DNA from: Eledone cirrhosa
Taxonomy: Eukaryota
NCBI GenBank assembly: GCA_964016885.1
Contig: OZ024743.1
Coordinates: 359,538,001 to 359,602,000, forward strand
DNA: 64,000 bases
Reading direction: 5' to 3'
The translations under genes were made by a program, and so were the position numbers. The notes beneath the pieces are model-generated. The model searched no databases. It saw nothing but the letters and a program-made list of their open reading frames with translations, and was not told the origin of the DNA. Each line of letters begins with the position of its first letter. Position 1 is the first letter of the stretch. This document shows, piece by piece, positions 11,137-25,800 of the stretch.

Positions 11137-13164
11137 CATTCATACTCATAAAACATAGGCGTGCAACTTTATATTCTCATCTGGTTAAATATATAGTTAC
11201 ATAGATAAAGATTGATTATTTTTTACTGACTAGAGATAACGAAGGGAAAAAGGAAATGAAAATTTGTCATATATTAGTGTATGTTTAAAATCAAGTTTAA
11301 CTTTATAGTATATATGGATAATTTTTGAAAATACATTATTGACAATAACTTGTTTATCTAGTCTGATCTTAATTGTGTCTATTTCACGTCTATTGATTAT
11401 AGAAAAACATTGCACCCATGACTGATCCTCTACGTAGTTGTTCGATTTGCCAGAAATAGCGGCAAAATCGTCATCAAAATTACTCTTAACTGTCTTAAAA
11501 CATGTTGGTTGATTTGAGGGTAGATTTAATACTCCCCTTGATTAATACTCCACTTGGCTCTTGGATGTCCTGGACGGAGTTCATGCATTTTGAGGATATT
11601 TTCCTCTCTCCTTCCCACTAGACACGCAGGCCCTTAAAATGATTACAGTCACTGCCTTTCCCTATTTGACTAAACATTAACATAATGATAGATTTACAAA
11701 TCATGAGCTGATCAAATTTTGTATGACTTTTATTATAGGTATGTTCAATTAGGGTCGATCTAGGGTTAAATAAATTGTAATATCATCAAACATATTTTAT
11801 ATCAATTAATGCTATCATCTAAACGATGATGCTGTTTAGCCTCAAGTCAGTCTTAATTCTGTAGATCTGTAATGAAAGTAATTCAAACTTTGGCCATCTC
11901 GTCTTTTGTTACATAATTAACAAATGTAGCTATTATATCTAGCTGTCAGTCGTCTAATTATAAATAGTAGTCAGAAAGAACCTAATATATGAGTAGCAAA
12001 ATATTTATTTATCAGTATAAATATGGTAGAATATATGAAATCAAATTTAGGTATCGAACTCGGTACGTTAGGAGCTTACTTCTCTCTCAGTACCATAACC
12101 ATAACCTTATATTGGTGTTTTTAAAGACAACGAACGTAAGATTATTTTTCTCGAAACTGAAATTCCTGATATGGTTCCATCGCGGCTTTTTAACCATTTC
12201 TTTTCACCTTCAACTCTGATGTTTCTAACAAAGATATGAATGTCACATAATGTTATATTTCTTCCTTTAGAGGTCGAGGCCTGAAGACAATCGATATTGT
12301 TTCATAGTTTATTGGAATGAAGTAATTTTTGTAGAGAAATGTTTGGTTTTGGCCATATGTATGTATGATATGTTTATAAATGTGCGTTGCTGTGATCAGT
12401 GCTTACAGCCTTTAAATAAGTGCTATAGATTATTATCTATTCGTATGATGTTTTATCTTTCAAATAACACTAGAAAAGTTCAAATTCCTTTAGCAAAACT
12501 AAGTAGTGAGAAACATCATTGTCATATATGATTTAGTTTTGTAGCTAGTTCGGTTCATGGAGTTGGCAGAATGATAGTGGGAATCTGGTTGCAGTGTGTA
12601 CTGAATTTCTTTACAAGCTGATGATGCATAATATGATAATAGACTTCAATAGGTTATTTAGATTATTTTTCTTTACTATGTTATTTTTCTCGTTTCTGAA
12701 AGCTGTATGTTATGATCTCGATCAATATATTTTGTTCATTACCTTTGGGCTGGTATTGCCTTGAAGCCTAACATATTTTTAAGAATAACAAATAAAGATT
12801 TTGTATAAAACTGTAATGGTGTCTATTTATTTGTTATATTCAATGTCAGAATCTTCATTATTTTGGTTGGGTATTTGCCTTTAAGTCTTACATTATTTTC
12901 AAGAAAATCAAAGATAAGACTGTGTGCAGGTGTGGTTTTTATCTATTAGAATGTTTACTATATATCTCTATACAATAACAATATGTGGCTTTGTTATTTC
13001 TAGTATGTCTCTTTAGCAAACTGAATGTCATAACAAACCGTGGGAAAATAGGAAATTCATTAAATTATTTGTCTATAAAACAGAATAGCTGAGCTATGAT
13101 TAATATTTAATATTTGGAAATACAATATTGGTAAGAATTAGTTCATCTATGCAAATTTGCTATT

Positions 13165-15660
13165 CTTCTTTGCCCATTTGTTCTTGAGAGTTCTTGAAAG
13201 GTTTCAAGACACGCCTCTAAAAGAATCCTATCACAATCAATCATTTCTAAATTATTCAGCTAGATTCCCAAGCGAGATTAACCGAACTTATAGATGCTAT
13301 CCAACCACATTGTCCTTTGTCTACCTCTCTGTATTCTGCCGGTTGGCTTTCTCTGTAAAATCTGTCCAACGAGTCCTTTGACATTTTAACGACATGTCCA
13401 TAGTAACCGAGCTGCGGTCTCTCAATGCTGAGAAGTAGCGGCTCTACCTTTAGCGAAACCTTCATTCATGAGTATCGTGTCATATTGAGTAACATTAATT
13501 CAAATACCTTCAGAAGAACCCAATTTCAGTTGATTGTATTCACAATCGCATTCCCTCGACTATTACCCAAGATTCGTGACCATAGGTACGGGTGGGTACC
13601 GAATTGAAAATAGCAAGGTTGGGTTTTACACATTCTTGTCTTTGTCGGATGACCAAGTACTGAAGCTCCAGAAATTCTTGCATGTAATTCAGCTTCTTGC
13701 AACATCCACGGAAATCAGCAACGAGATACTTGAACCTCTCCACCTGCTTCAGTGAAACTCTACTCAAATGCGGAGCCACTGCGTGGTCTATCTGTTGGCA
13801 ACAATGATGTTTATCCCCTTCTGGTGACATTTGGTAGCAGCCCTATCCAGTGCATGTCGGAGATCCGCCAAGCGAAATAGCACCACGTCATCTGCAAATT
13901 AAAGCCAATTGATCCTACACCCACCTGTCGTGATATCATTTCCATCATATCAATCATGTTCATACATGTTATGAACAGGAGAGGCTACATTACGTACTCC
14001 TGGTAGAATCTGATTCCCACATTGAATGGTTTTATTCGAACAATAATATTAGGGCATACTTATAGAGACGTGAAGGCAATAAGAAGCTGTCCATTAACAC
14101 CATATTGCTGCAAAATCCTCCTTGGTTATGTTCTCAACGACGTGCTACAGTAAACATTTTGTAATCTGTTCTGCGTTCAGGGCAAAAACCGTACTAGCTT
14201 GTTAATAACTCGATAATATCCCTATATCGTTTTGCCAGATATATAGCAGAGATTTTATCGGGTTGGATTAACAAGGAGATCCCTTTATAATTAAAGCAAT
14301 CTTTCTTTTCTCCCGCTTTGAAAATTGATATTACCACTCTCGAATGGCATTGCTTTGGAGCCTTTCCAGTGATTGAGACCCACCGATGCACACGAGTAAG
14401 CCAGATATTGCCTTCTCTATTTAAGGCTGTTAACATCTCGGACCGAATTTAATCCTCCCCGGGGCTTTGCCACATTTAAGCGATTTAATTATTCTGGTGC
14501 ATTAGAGGTTGCTCTTTGCCCCTAGGTGCACCTCTTGTAATCAGACGGTGTTGCTTTGACCGGATATAGATCAGGAAATTATTTTCTCTACATTGCAAGG
14601 ATGCACCAATCTTGCTGATTTAATATCGGATTACAGTTTATCACAAAAGTCCTACCATGTCTTAACTTTGGAGATATTTTACTAATTCTGCTGTGACCTT
14701 TTTTGTGCCTTCTTGTGCAAGAAGAAATATTTATTTGCAAGGCAAGGTTTGTAAGCCTCCTTTGTTCTCGCATGGTATCTTTCGTCTGCACCATTTAACC
14801 GCTTTCGTCCGCACCATTTAACCGGCGAGGCGTAAATTACCGAGCTGAACAGTCTTCACTCTATTTTAAAGTCCTCAGTTTGTTCAAGGAGTTCTCTTAA
14901 TTCTAATGCAATAGTAACTGCATACCTGGCCCTGTCTTCTTCGTCAGCTAGTGCTTCTTCCTACATTATCCTGTATGTCAAGCTGAACCTGCCAAGTTTT
15001 CCTGGCTTTATGTAGACACAGTTTTCAGGCAACTAGATGGTGACCAGTTGACAGCTCAGACCGTCTCTTAACACGAACATCTAGTACAGAATCAATGAGA
15101 TCAGAGACAAACAAACATCAGTTGTTTCCCTTCGTCCACGACTTTCATTATACTATGCATACTAATGGATATCATTTTTTGCTGTAAAAAGATGTTCACA
15201 ATAGAAAGTTCTTTACTAGAACAGAAGTCCTATAATAACTCTCCGTTTGCATTTCGATTGGATTCGTAGTTCCTTCTAGTCACTTATATCCATGTCAGGT
15301 AATCAGTACCAACATCTGCATTGAAGTCTCCCAGTAGGATATATGACTTTGTCATAACACATCTAACGCTGCAGTCACCCAGCAAGGTAGGATCCGTGTC
15401 AGACTTACCGTTTGGCTCATAAATTTGCTCCATCAACAAAGATCAACGTTTCAAGAGGTAAACTCCTTATGGGATTTATTCCATAACACAATCTGATCGC
15501 TTAGGACTTGTGAATATCCATATTCTCGCCCATGCAGTATTTTCTAACACCACACCAGAACCACGAAACTTTGTTGAAGAAACTCCGACAATATCTAGCC
15601 GCTTACATCTGATCCCCTCCACTATTTCCAGCGCGTTACCCACAGGCATTGTAACGTTAT
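13165..15660 (-). mobile_element. Decayed RTE-clade LINE (APE + RT)
   Basis: Fragments LDIVGVSSTKFRGSG and LLGDFNADVG (APE), IFKAGEKKDCFNYKGISLL and LKQVERFKYL (RT), IERPQLGYYGHVVKM (RTE C-terminal motif); many stops and deletions. Confidence 0.85.
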
Positions 15661-17569
15661 GGTTTTCTCTATTCTGAAATCTGTTTGGAGTCTAGGGACA
15701 CGCAAGTTTTGTTCGTCCATCCGACGCCTTCCTGAACGGGTCACAACCTTAATTTTGTATTCATCCTACTATTGGTTTTGGCAAATCATCTATCCAACAA
15801 CGGACACTTTGCGTAGTTACTTTCTAGAGATAGCAGTCAAGATTTTATTAATCTTACATCCTATTATCTTAAAAAAGAAAGATACAGTGGGTAATGTTGC
15901 TCTAGATACACACAAATACATGGCCACATATGTAATGCCTTTTATCTTAATGATTCCACTGGGGTTGATCTCGGCTAAAAAAAGAAAAAGAACAACATAA
16001 CAATATCTTGAAATCCTGAAATATTTTTCTCAGCTGTCATTTGAAATTTCTGACGAATATTTGTTACGATTAATGTATAGGTCATATAAAGTTTTCCATT
16101 TCTAAAAGCATCATTTTATAGGTATCATTAAATATATTTATCAATATAATTTGATTACTTACCTTTAGGCCGATATTTTATTTAGCTCCTATTATGTTTA
16201 GATTATTTAGTGTCCTGTTTATCAGTCTTTCTATGTTGTTACAACCAAATATCTTTATCAGTAACGTTTGTTCACGTAACGTCGTGTTGATATTGCCTTT
16301 AACTATTAAATTGTCTGCAAGAATAGTAAACATATATTGTGTGTAAAAGTGCAAAGTAGATGTTTTATCTGTAGAGTCGAAAGTAAGGATCTTCACTGTT
16401 TGGGTGCTGTTATTTGCCTTCATACATTATTTTCAAAAAACCGAACGAAGATTTTGTGTAACTGCGTAAATATTCATCTTTAGCTATTAGAATTATAACT
16501 TCTTTTGAGGTCAAATCTTTAGCAAACAGCGAATGCCAGAAAAAATGTTGAGCCAATAGAAAATTCATTAAATGATTAGAGATGGAAATATAGATTATTG
16601 AGTTGAGTAGTACGGGACTGGGTGAAATGGCCGATTAGCTTAGTTGTATGAGTTGTTTCCCTTACTTTACATTTGTAAAATGTCTTTCTGGAAGTGTGGT
16701 TACTGTTAATTATTTTCTCTATCAAATACCTTTCAGCTATTTTCATTAATTACTTTTCTATTCTATGTATTACAATGTCTAACTGCAATTTCTTTGTGTA
16801 ATATATTGAGTGAAAGAGGTAAGGATATATCGGATTATATAGTCAAAGAATGCCTTCTGATCACTGGTGAAATGTCTTTGAGTTTAGGTAGAAGTTAACA
16901 AGAAAAAGAATATTGAAATGGTAATATATTGTCTTCTAAATGGTTTTCTTAAGATGCATTGATTATAAAATTAACTAGAAAAGTACTTACGGAGAATAAT
17001 TAACATACTTTTTTGATATTCATAGCTTTTCTGGAGACAATAGACAATATCAATGAACTACAACATTTTGAATCTTTAATCAAGCGAAGGAAATTAGTCT
17101 GTAGAGTTAGACAGATAATTCCTTATGAGTAAAAGAGTACTGTCATACTAATACCTTCCTCCAAGTCAGTTGGCATGGTTAAAACGGTTGAATGTTTTCA
17201 AGTTTAATCAAATTTGAGTACCTAACTCAGTACGTAAGTTGCTGCCTATTCTCATTATACTGTACTCACGACCATATTGATGTTCGAAAATGATTTTCTA
17301 GCAAGTGAAAGTCCTGATCCAACTGTAGTCTCTGCTTTTAACCAATTCTTTTCATATTCAACTCTAATATTTCTGACAAAGACATGAATGTCGATTATTG
17401 TTATATTTATTCTTTTAGATGTTGTTTCTTAAGATGTTTCATCTTTCAAATGAAATTAGAAAAGTTGAAATTCCTTGAGATCAACTCGTCTACGTCGGTG
17501 AACTTGAACGTTACTTACGGCACTGTGTTTCGCGACCTCCGTCTCAGACATACGATCATTACTTCACTA

Positions 17570-18330
17570 GGTGCAGATGATTTTAGATGTTTTTAACCTA
17601 CTGTCATGCATCTCCTCTCATAAACCTTGATGTATGTATCCAGGTGTGGTGTTGTGGAGATATGCAAATGTCAGATATGCGACATCGGATAATAACAGGC
17701 CACTTTTACTTTGAGTTTGCCTTCCTCCCCAGTCTCATTGGTATTGCAGGCATTTCTTTCGCCGGTGACATTTGACCGTGTTCTCAGCAACAACGTTCTA
17801 CACAGACTATCAAAACCTACCGTTCTCTGGAACATGAGGCGGCTTACGCAACCTGAAAGCAGCTCTATCTCCGCTCTGTTGCGGGAGTCAAATACCCCGT
17901 ATAAAACACCACCCTCTCTATGTTCAGTTCCCTTAAATTAAACGGGCCGCAATGTAGTGCGCCAAGGCTTCTGACTTCTATATGCACCTTCTTGATCAGC
18001 ACCGTATGGTATGTTTCCCCTCTGCTTCCCAACCTCATAGCGGTGCCACGCTATCAGCCGGTACTCAGCTGGCATTGATTATCTGCGTCTCGGCCTCCAG
18101 ATCTGCAAGCGACACAAATGCCGCTGTGAATCCACGGTGCATACTTCTGTCCTTCACCCATTGTCATGCTGCTACTGTTCCGGTCACCTCATACAATATG
18201 CGACTCCGACCAGGATCATTAAACACGGCTTCGACACCACAGGCTTCCATTCGCAGCTCAGAGGGGACGGCAGAAAGTCAGATGTTATCACGATATTCCG
18301 GTTCTGTGGTGTTAAACCCTTCATCAGAGT
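17570..18330 (+). mobile_element. CRE-clade non-LTR retrotransposon fragment (Zn knuckle + RLE start)
   Basis: Translates LRLGLQICKRHKCRCESTVHTSVLHPLSC...RGDGRKSDVITIF, matching the CRE pattern LRLG..C..H.C.C...D..G.H.LSC...DGKRPDG.T. Confidence 0.75.
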
Positions 18331-19317
18331 ATTCTTTCTCATATTTTTGTTGTATTCGTAATTTGTTAAGCAGAGACAAACATTGCCACATGATAATATT
18401 GACTATGATAATAGTCTTCAATAGGTTATCTAGATTGTTTCTCTTTACTATTTTATTTTTTCATTTCTAAAAGCAGTATTTTATGAATATCCTCTAAGAT
18501 CTCGATCAATCAATTTTGGTCATTACCTTTGGACTAGTATTGCCTTGAAGTTTAACACATCTTTTAACAATAACAAGTTAATGCGCCTTTATATTTATTA
18601 TATTCAATGACAAAATCTTCACTTTATTGGTTGGATATTTGCATTTAAGCTTTACATTTATGTTTAAGAATATCAAGTATAGAGTTTGTGCGAAAATAGG
18701 AAGCACCGCTTCATATTCTTATCTGTTAATCTGTTTTCCTAACAGTAAAAACTGTACTGTATAGAAAAGATGTTCCTAGTAAATAGGGTCTGTAAACAGG
18801 AATCCAGTTGACAATTCTAAAAGTAGTTCTCTATCTTTCTTCTTTTCTTTCTGCATAATTATTAGTGATACTGATTATGATTATTAACAATGGGGCCGGC
18901 GTGCTGTTTGTATAATAAATGCATATAATGCAAGGTTTCATATATGTAATATAGTGATTAAAATAACTGCTATTATAAAAAAGGTGGCCGATCACTAACA
19001 CCTCGGTATTTTCTCGGGCTCACATCCTGACGATATATGCATCAAGTTGCATTGGCTAACGTGTGACTGATGGGGAGGATAGCTGTGTTCGTTCAATCAC
19101 CCTACGTCTTTTCTTAATGCCCCTCTCCAATTTCTTTAATCCTACACAATACGCTCGTGCTTACTTCTCTACCCCTCGACACCGTCAACTTTACCCCTCC
19201 CCCATACACACGTATACACACGCGCATACATATATCTCTATATGTAAAATGTTTTTGGGACTAGCGTCCGAAACATTAAGACACTTTTCCTACTATATCA
19301 AGCGTAAAACAAATAAT

Positions 19318-19503
19318 TGTTTCTACGTTAGGCACAAGGCCAGCAATTACCCCAGTGTATTACTGGTACTTTATTTTATCGACCCCCCCGTAAGGATGAA
19401 AGGCAAAGTTAACCTCGGCGGGATTTGAACTCAGAATGGCAAGGGCCGTAACTCTATGCGTCAAAGCATGGCGTCCGACCCTCTACCAATACTGCCAATC
19501 CAC
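19318..19503 (-). mobile_element. Meta-like SINE with 19-bp TSD
   Basis: Same family as 10702-10889; caagcgtaaaacaaataat is repeated at 19299-19317 and 19504-19522. Confidence 0.9.
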
Positions 19504-19577
19504 CAAGCGTAAAACAAATAATATTTTTATTCATTGTACTGTGTCGTTTGCTTTTTTATTTCCGTTTTTCTTTTGTA

Positions 19578-19718
<141 letters not shown>

Positions 19719-19924
19719 TTACTATACACATACAATCATGCGTGTATACATACATACCTTTATATATATACATATATGCATACATACACCTACGCACACG
19801 CAAACGTAGCAGGCTTACACACATACTTATCATAGTCGGTGTTCGAATTAAAAAAATGAAGTATCTTCAGCTATTCCTATGGTGTTGACCCACTAAATAT
19901 TTGTTATATTCTTGGATTAATTCA

Positions 19925-20110
19925 ATCGACATGTTCGCATCTATTCGGGGTCGTACTACATCGATCATGATCAGGGATCTGTACCAGGAAGTTCCCTCTC
20001 AAGCTACTGGCATGGGGAAGGTTTTCCAGAAGACCAGCAGTCACTATGGTATGCATGTCCCTTCTCCCGACAGCTCCAATGCTGTCCAAAGCAATGCAGC
20101 TTGACATCAA
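19925..20110 (+). mobile_element. CRE-like C-terminal fragment
   Basis: TTSIMIRDL...QATG...AVQSNAA resembles the CRE end motif AVQRGNAA. Confidence 0.45.
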
Positions 20111-20255
20111 TGGCATCGCAAGTAAACGCAAAACGCGATGGGAAAAGCCGTGTTCAATCTTGCAATGAAATAAAGAATCATTCAAGTATTGGGGTGGTTT
20201 TACTCTGCTGTACCGTACGCCAAAATGTCAGACCGTGTACCTAAGTTAGAAGCCA

Positions 20256-20882
20256 CGGTGAATTGGCAGTATCGGTAGAGGTTTGGATGCCATGCTTTCC
20301 AGCATAGTTACGTCTCTTTACGGTCTGAATTCAAATCCCGTCGAGGTTAACTTTGCCTTTCATCCTTACGAGGTCGATAAAATAAAGTACCAGTAATGTA
20401 CTGGGTAATTGCTGGCCTTGTGCCAAAAGTAGAAACAATTAGTATTATTATATTGGCAGTATCGGTAGAGGGTCGGACGCCATGCTTTCCAGCATAGTTA
20501 CGTCCCTTTACGATCTGAGTTCAAATCCCGCCGATGTTGACTTTGCCTTTCATCCTTACGGGGTCGATAAAATAAAGTACCAGTAATGCACTGGGTAATT
20601 GCTGGTCTTGTGCCTAAAGTAGAAACAATTATTATATTATATTACATATTATTATATCTAGGGGCGGTGGATTGGCAGTATTGGTAGAGAGTCGGACACC
20701 ATGCTTTGAAGCATGGAGTTACAGCCCTTTATGATGTGAGTTGAAATCCCGCCAAGGTTAACTTTACCTTTCATCCTTATGGGGTCGATAAAATAAAGTA
20801 CCAGTAACGCACTGAGGTGGATTTAATCGACTTTCTCCTCCCCCTAAAATTGCTGGCCTTGTGCCTCAAGTAGAAATCATTA
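20256..20882 (+). mobile_element. Head-to-tail trio of Meta-like SINEs (20256-20440, 20452-20630, 20661-20882)
   Basis: Three direct copies separated by attatt/attat tails; the third is a longer variant. Confidence 0.9.
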
Positions 20883-21163
20883 TTACATTATAATAGCATC
20901 GACCATCATAAAAACATGCATGGATATTTCCAAATCCACGGAAATAGACATCAACATTTAAGAATTTATACTAAAGTAGTGGAGAAACAACCGAGGAAAA
21001 TATTCAGACTGAATAACAACAGACAACAATACTTCCATGAAATCGAAAATATCCATTAATATCCACGAAATAATGACAAAGAAAACCTTAAAAAAATGAA
21101 ATGATGAAGGATACATGTGTTTGTCTTGCTTTAATTTAGGGTATTCTTATTGAAATTTCATCA

Positions 21164-21678
21164 TCTATATATATAAAACTGAGCATGTCTGTCTGTGTGT
21201 GTGAGTTTGAATCCCTAAAACTAGAGGAGCACCCAAGCAACTGTTTTCAAACTTGACACATATAATACTTATGTTTCAGGGAGTGTCCTGAGCAAAAATA
21301 AAAATTTAAATTTTCAATGCCCTAGGGACCGCATTAGGCGATTTAGCGATCTCTCTCTATAATTCTTAGTCTTTCCCTTTTTAGATAGATAAATACATAT
21401 AACGTAGCGCCCTTATAATATCTGTCTGTATGTCTGGCTGTCTGCTGCCTTCGGTTATTCTGTCACCCTTGCTCAAGACAAATCTCACACTCATTCCCCA
21501 AACAGTTGGTTAGTGCACACAACTTCTTCCTCACGTTTTAAGCCACAGTGTTGCTAACTTACGTACCACCAGACCCTTACTTCTTTGCCAGACGTGGTTG
21601 TGGCAATACTAAGCTTAGCTAAGGCGGTTATATATTTCACAATACCTTATCCCGTGCAACGCCGGGTACCACTGCTAG
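21164..21678 (+). mobile_element. Non-autonomous Helitron (515 bp)
   Basis: A|TCTATATATATAAAACTG...; 3' hairpin CCCGtgcaacgcCGGG (21651-21666) followed by CTAG|T; no TSD. Confidence 0.9.
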
Positions 21679-22814
21679 TAAGTTATATAATGTTAATTTT
21701 GGCACGGATAACTGATCATCCAACACGTCTAAACATACAAAAGAAAAATCAACACAAGTCAAATTCATTCTAAAACAATACAATTGAGAATCGTACCATT
21801 TGGCTCCTGTATAAAAGGGAATTCATAAGTTGAAATTACTTCATAAGAAATACGAAAAATCGAACGCACAATATCAACAGAAACAAACAATTCGAAACAT
21901 GATAAAATGACGATAATGTAAATAAAGGGGTTGATTTTGCCCCTAAAGTTTCCCAAATAAAAAAGAAATTGTACAGACTAAAGATAGATATGATTGCATG
22001 CATCAAAATATGATACCTCCAAAACTGAATAAACGTATACTATCTGGAGAGAAAATAATCCTGACCTGAAAGTAGATTTGTGTCCTAACAGATCAGCTAT
22101 TGTAAGAACCTACATTATAAATAGCAAACGAATATCAGTCATAGAAATAGACCACTTGAGAGAAAGAATTCATAACGAAGATACAAACAACGTAACGAAA
22201 GGAAACAAAAACAGACAATAAGAATGAAAACATTGTGATTGGATAGAGTAGCACAAATACAACAAATACAATAAATACAATAAATACAGAAATGAACCGG
22301 ATCATACCCTCGCATGCCTGAAAAATACTGAACAGCAATAACTGACTCATGACTCATGCATACGAATGCGAATATCAATACCATCAATAGACAATACTGC
22401 AACCAGAAACGTCCCGAACAATATGAGACCTTCCTCAAATTATTGATAACGTACATCTAATCTCAACAATCAACGTAGAAAACAAACGTACAGAGAAAGA
22501 TAAATGAAAACAATCCATGAAATTAGAAAAAGACACCAATAATAATAATAATAACAATGCGTTCTTTATTAACCACAAGGGTTTACATAAAGCAGACATT
22601 AAGGACAGCGCAGGGTAATACAGGACGATACAAATGGGCATTTCTGCGTTTAAAAAAAAACTAAAACAGGATGTAACAAAAATAACAATGATAAATTCCC
22701 CACTAGGGGGGGGGGGGAGACTTCCGAGGGACATTTGTGGAGAAAGCCCATTAAAAGGCCACAGTGACCCTGACCACCAGGGCAAGTGCCCTCTCCCAGT
22801 TTTCCACCTTTAAT

Positions 22815-25800
22815 TTACAGACACATACTCAGAGTAGGCCCATTCACTCGGGCCATACTTGCCCCTCTCACCCATCTTTCAACAAAATGCTGGGAAGAGA
22901 GCAATTCCCTCGCTACCCTGATTTTCCTTTTCAAATGAAATTTGAAAAAGTTAATCAAGGCATCACCGAAAAGGTAAGTGCTCGTTTTCAGCCCTTTCAA
23001 ACGTGTCCACCATACTATCTCTTTCGACATGGCCACCAGACAGATAAAAACTTCCTGCCCTTCCGGCTAAAGGAAGAGGGCGGGGCAATCCTCACGATGG
23101 ACTCAGCTGATAGCCGGATCCGTCCTTCACGTGACAGCAGGTGTTCGACATAAACCCACAAGTCAGCAATGCTCGGACAGTGGACGAGTGCATGCAGGAC
23201 GGTTTCGTCGCCCTGCGCGCATCTCGGACATGCCCGGTTGACGGCACCTCCATGCCTGTAGAGTTTATCCCGAACTGGCAAAGCTCCTCGGTAGCACTGC
23301 CCGGCCAGGGATTTCTGGGAGTTGTCCATAGGCCCCGGCCGGAAAGTCCTTCCGAGAAGATTGGCTAGTTGATTTTCGTCGACGCCTAAAGTTTCTCCAA
23401 GTACGTCGTCGCTCTTCCACTCCACTAATCCTCTATAGAACGCCAAGGTGGAGTTTCCACCGATCACATTGCCCGATTGGTCGAGGGCTGTGAGCGCCTG
23501 AAGACATTCCAGTGTCCAATCCCTCTCGGTCTTCGCTTGACCCAGGACTGCAGCTCCGTCAAGGAGACGAACTGGGGAAAGACGCGTCTAGCAAACGGCG
23601 ACCACATCTGATCACCGTCGAGGAAGAGGTGGAGATGTCGTAGCCTGAGCGCGTGTCTGCGCATCATCAGCCACGGCATGCCCAGCCCTCCACGTAGCGG
23701 GTCTTGACTGCAGATGGACCGCCTGACCATCGGAGCGCGTCCCTTCCACAAAAAGCGAAAGAGCAAACGTTCCAGCGCAGTCAAGCGGGGCTTAGGACAA
23801 GGTACGACGGTCAGGCAGTAGTAGATGACGGACGCGATGTATGCGTTAGCCACCTCCGCTCGACCTTTCAGGGATAGCTTTCTCTCCGCCCATTTCTGGG
23901 TGAGAGAAGCCACCCTGCTCGTCACCTCGTCCCAGTTTTTGTCCGTCGGGAGGTCCGGACTGAACCAGACCCCTAGCAATTTAACCGGTCCGTCCGTCCA
24001 GCGCCCGACGACGCTGTTGGACGGCATGGACCTGCCTCTCCAGGTGCCGAGCTGCAGGCCCACTGACTTTTCCTGGTTGATCATTGCTCCTGTCACCGCT
24101 TCGTATTCTCTTAGTGTAGTGCCGATCGCCTCGATGTGTTTGGCGTTCGACATCGTCCGCATATGCTGACACGGATCTTCCGAATCCTAGTTCGTGCGGG
24201 ACCCCATTCAACGTCTCCAGTTTGTGCACTAATGGCTCGAGAGTCAATACGTACAAGAGGGACGAGAGGGGACATCCTTGGCGGACCGAGCGCATGATGT
24301 TGAACGGTTCCGAAAGGTGACCGTTCACTCTCACCACAGAGCAGATGTCGCTGTGCATGGCAGCGATCCAGCCTCTGAAAACGGGCCCAAAGTCAGCCGC
24401 CCTCAGGACTGCCGCTAGGTAACGATGGTCGACCCTATCGAAAGCTTTCGACTGATCTAAATTGATCATGGACCCACCCGTGTCAGGTTCCCTACCTACC
24501 CTCTCTACGATGTATCGTATGAGGTGGAGGTTGTCGTGGATGGATCTGTCAGGAATGGCGCATGTCTGTGCCTCACCCACCAGACTACCAACGAAAAGCG
24601 CCAACCTCTTTGCTAGCAGCCAAAATCTTGAACTGTGTGTTTACCAGAGTTATGGGCCTGAAAATATCTGTTATCCCCCTTGTTCTGATCCTTTCTCAGC
24701 AGCCCCACAGCTCCTCGGCTCACAGAGCTGGGAATTCTCCCGTTCAGTAGCAGTTGCCAGTTGCAGTAGACGCCCGCCAAGAGGCCTCCGAACAAGACTG
24801 GCATCTGTACGTAAAGTTCATAGGGCAGACCATCCAACGAGGCGATTTACAAGAGGCAAATCGCTTGGTTTGGATGGTCTGCAGCCAGTCATTGCTTCCC
24901 GTACTTCAGCGGCTGTTATCGGCTTTTCGCAACACTCCGCCTCAGTGGCCGAGAGCCGCGACAGTCCATCCCTCGATCGGGCCCGTGGCTTCCCCTGAAC
25001 AGCTGTAAGAAGTGTCGCTGGAAAGCTTCACACATTTTCCCGGGATCGAGTAGCATGCGCCCGTCGTGGTCCACCAAAGACCGGATCGTGGCTTTGTTGC
25101 TACGACGGGCCTCCGCGACTCGGGCCCATTGAACGGCTTTTGTCCCCTCGTGTCTGAGAGCACGCACCCTAGCTCTGACAACGCAGCCTTCGTGTTTTGC
25201 ATTGAAGAATTGGCCAAGGGCCAATTTCGCCGCAAGTACGTCGGTCGCGATGCCTTTGCTAAGCGCCTCGTCTAATTTTCTAACTAATTCTCCCTCTGCT
25301 CTATTTTTCTCTATTGCTAAGCCTTACTAAACCTAATGGACTCTATTCTAATTGCTCTTTTCAGAGCAAACCACCACTTGTTGTTGACGATGGCCCCCGT
25401 CAACGCCCGCTTAACTAGTTCGCTAATCCGGTCTCTGTAGGCCTTGCGCGCTAGTAAATACGCGTTTAGCTTCCAGTAGCCAGGTCCTCGTCTATGAAGC
25501 CTATCTAAGTCAAGCACACAGATCACGAATTTGTGGTCCGTGTAGCTGACTATCTTGAATTGTGGACAGCCTATGCTAGACCTATCTATTTCCCTACAAC
25601 ATACTCTATCTAGATATGATCTGGATGACCCTATGCGATTGTCCAAGTCCACATTGGCACATTCGGGAAATCCAATCGGTACCTGTCAGACGATTGAAAA
25701 CGCCTGAGCAGGTTTGTGAGACTCTTGCACCCTCCTTCCCTATCCACTAATCCCACACAGTCCCAGCGTGCATCTAAGATCCCGTTCCAGTCGCCCACTA

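Larger units (their letters stand above)
8520..18690 (-). pseudogene. Remnant exons of a tandemly duplicated gene segment with fibronectin type III-like motifs
   Basis: Paired homologous blocks 9185-9350/16610-16760, 12040-12270/17205-17420 and 12630-12930/18400-18690 carry minus-strand AG/GT boundaries. They include 37-nt exons ELALKSNFHKCK / NHTSRKTFYKCK and a 25-nt exon FKAIPAQR joining NIRVE.EK.W. The FN3-like stretch LHFYTQYMFTILADN is at ~16310-16360. Stops and frameshifts are present. Confidence 0.5.

Noticed and set aside
17982-18470. 162-aa plus-strand ORF as a host gene
   Set aside because: It is an alternative frame across a CRE fragment and the adjacent duplicated block; no coherent domain.
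21780-22537. A-rich strand-biased segment next to the first pile, considered as a LINE 5' remnant
   Set aside because: No recognisable motif or similarity to other elements in the window; left unannotated.
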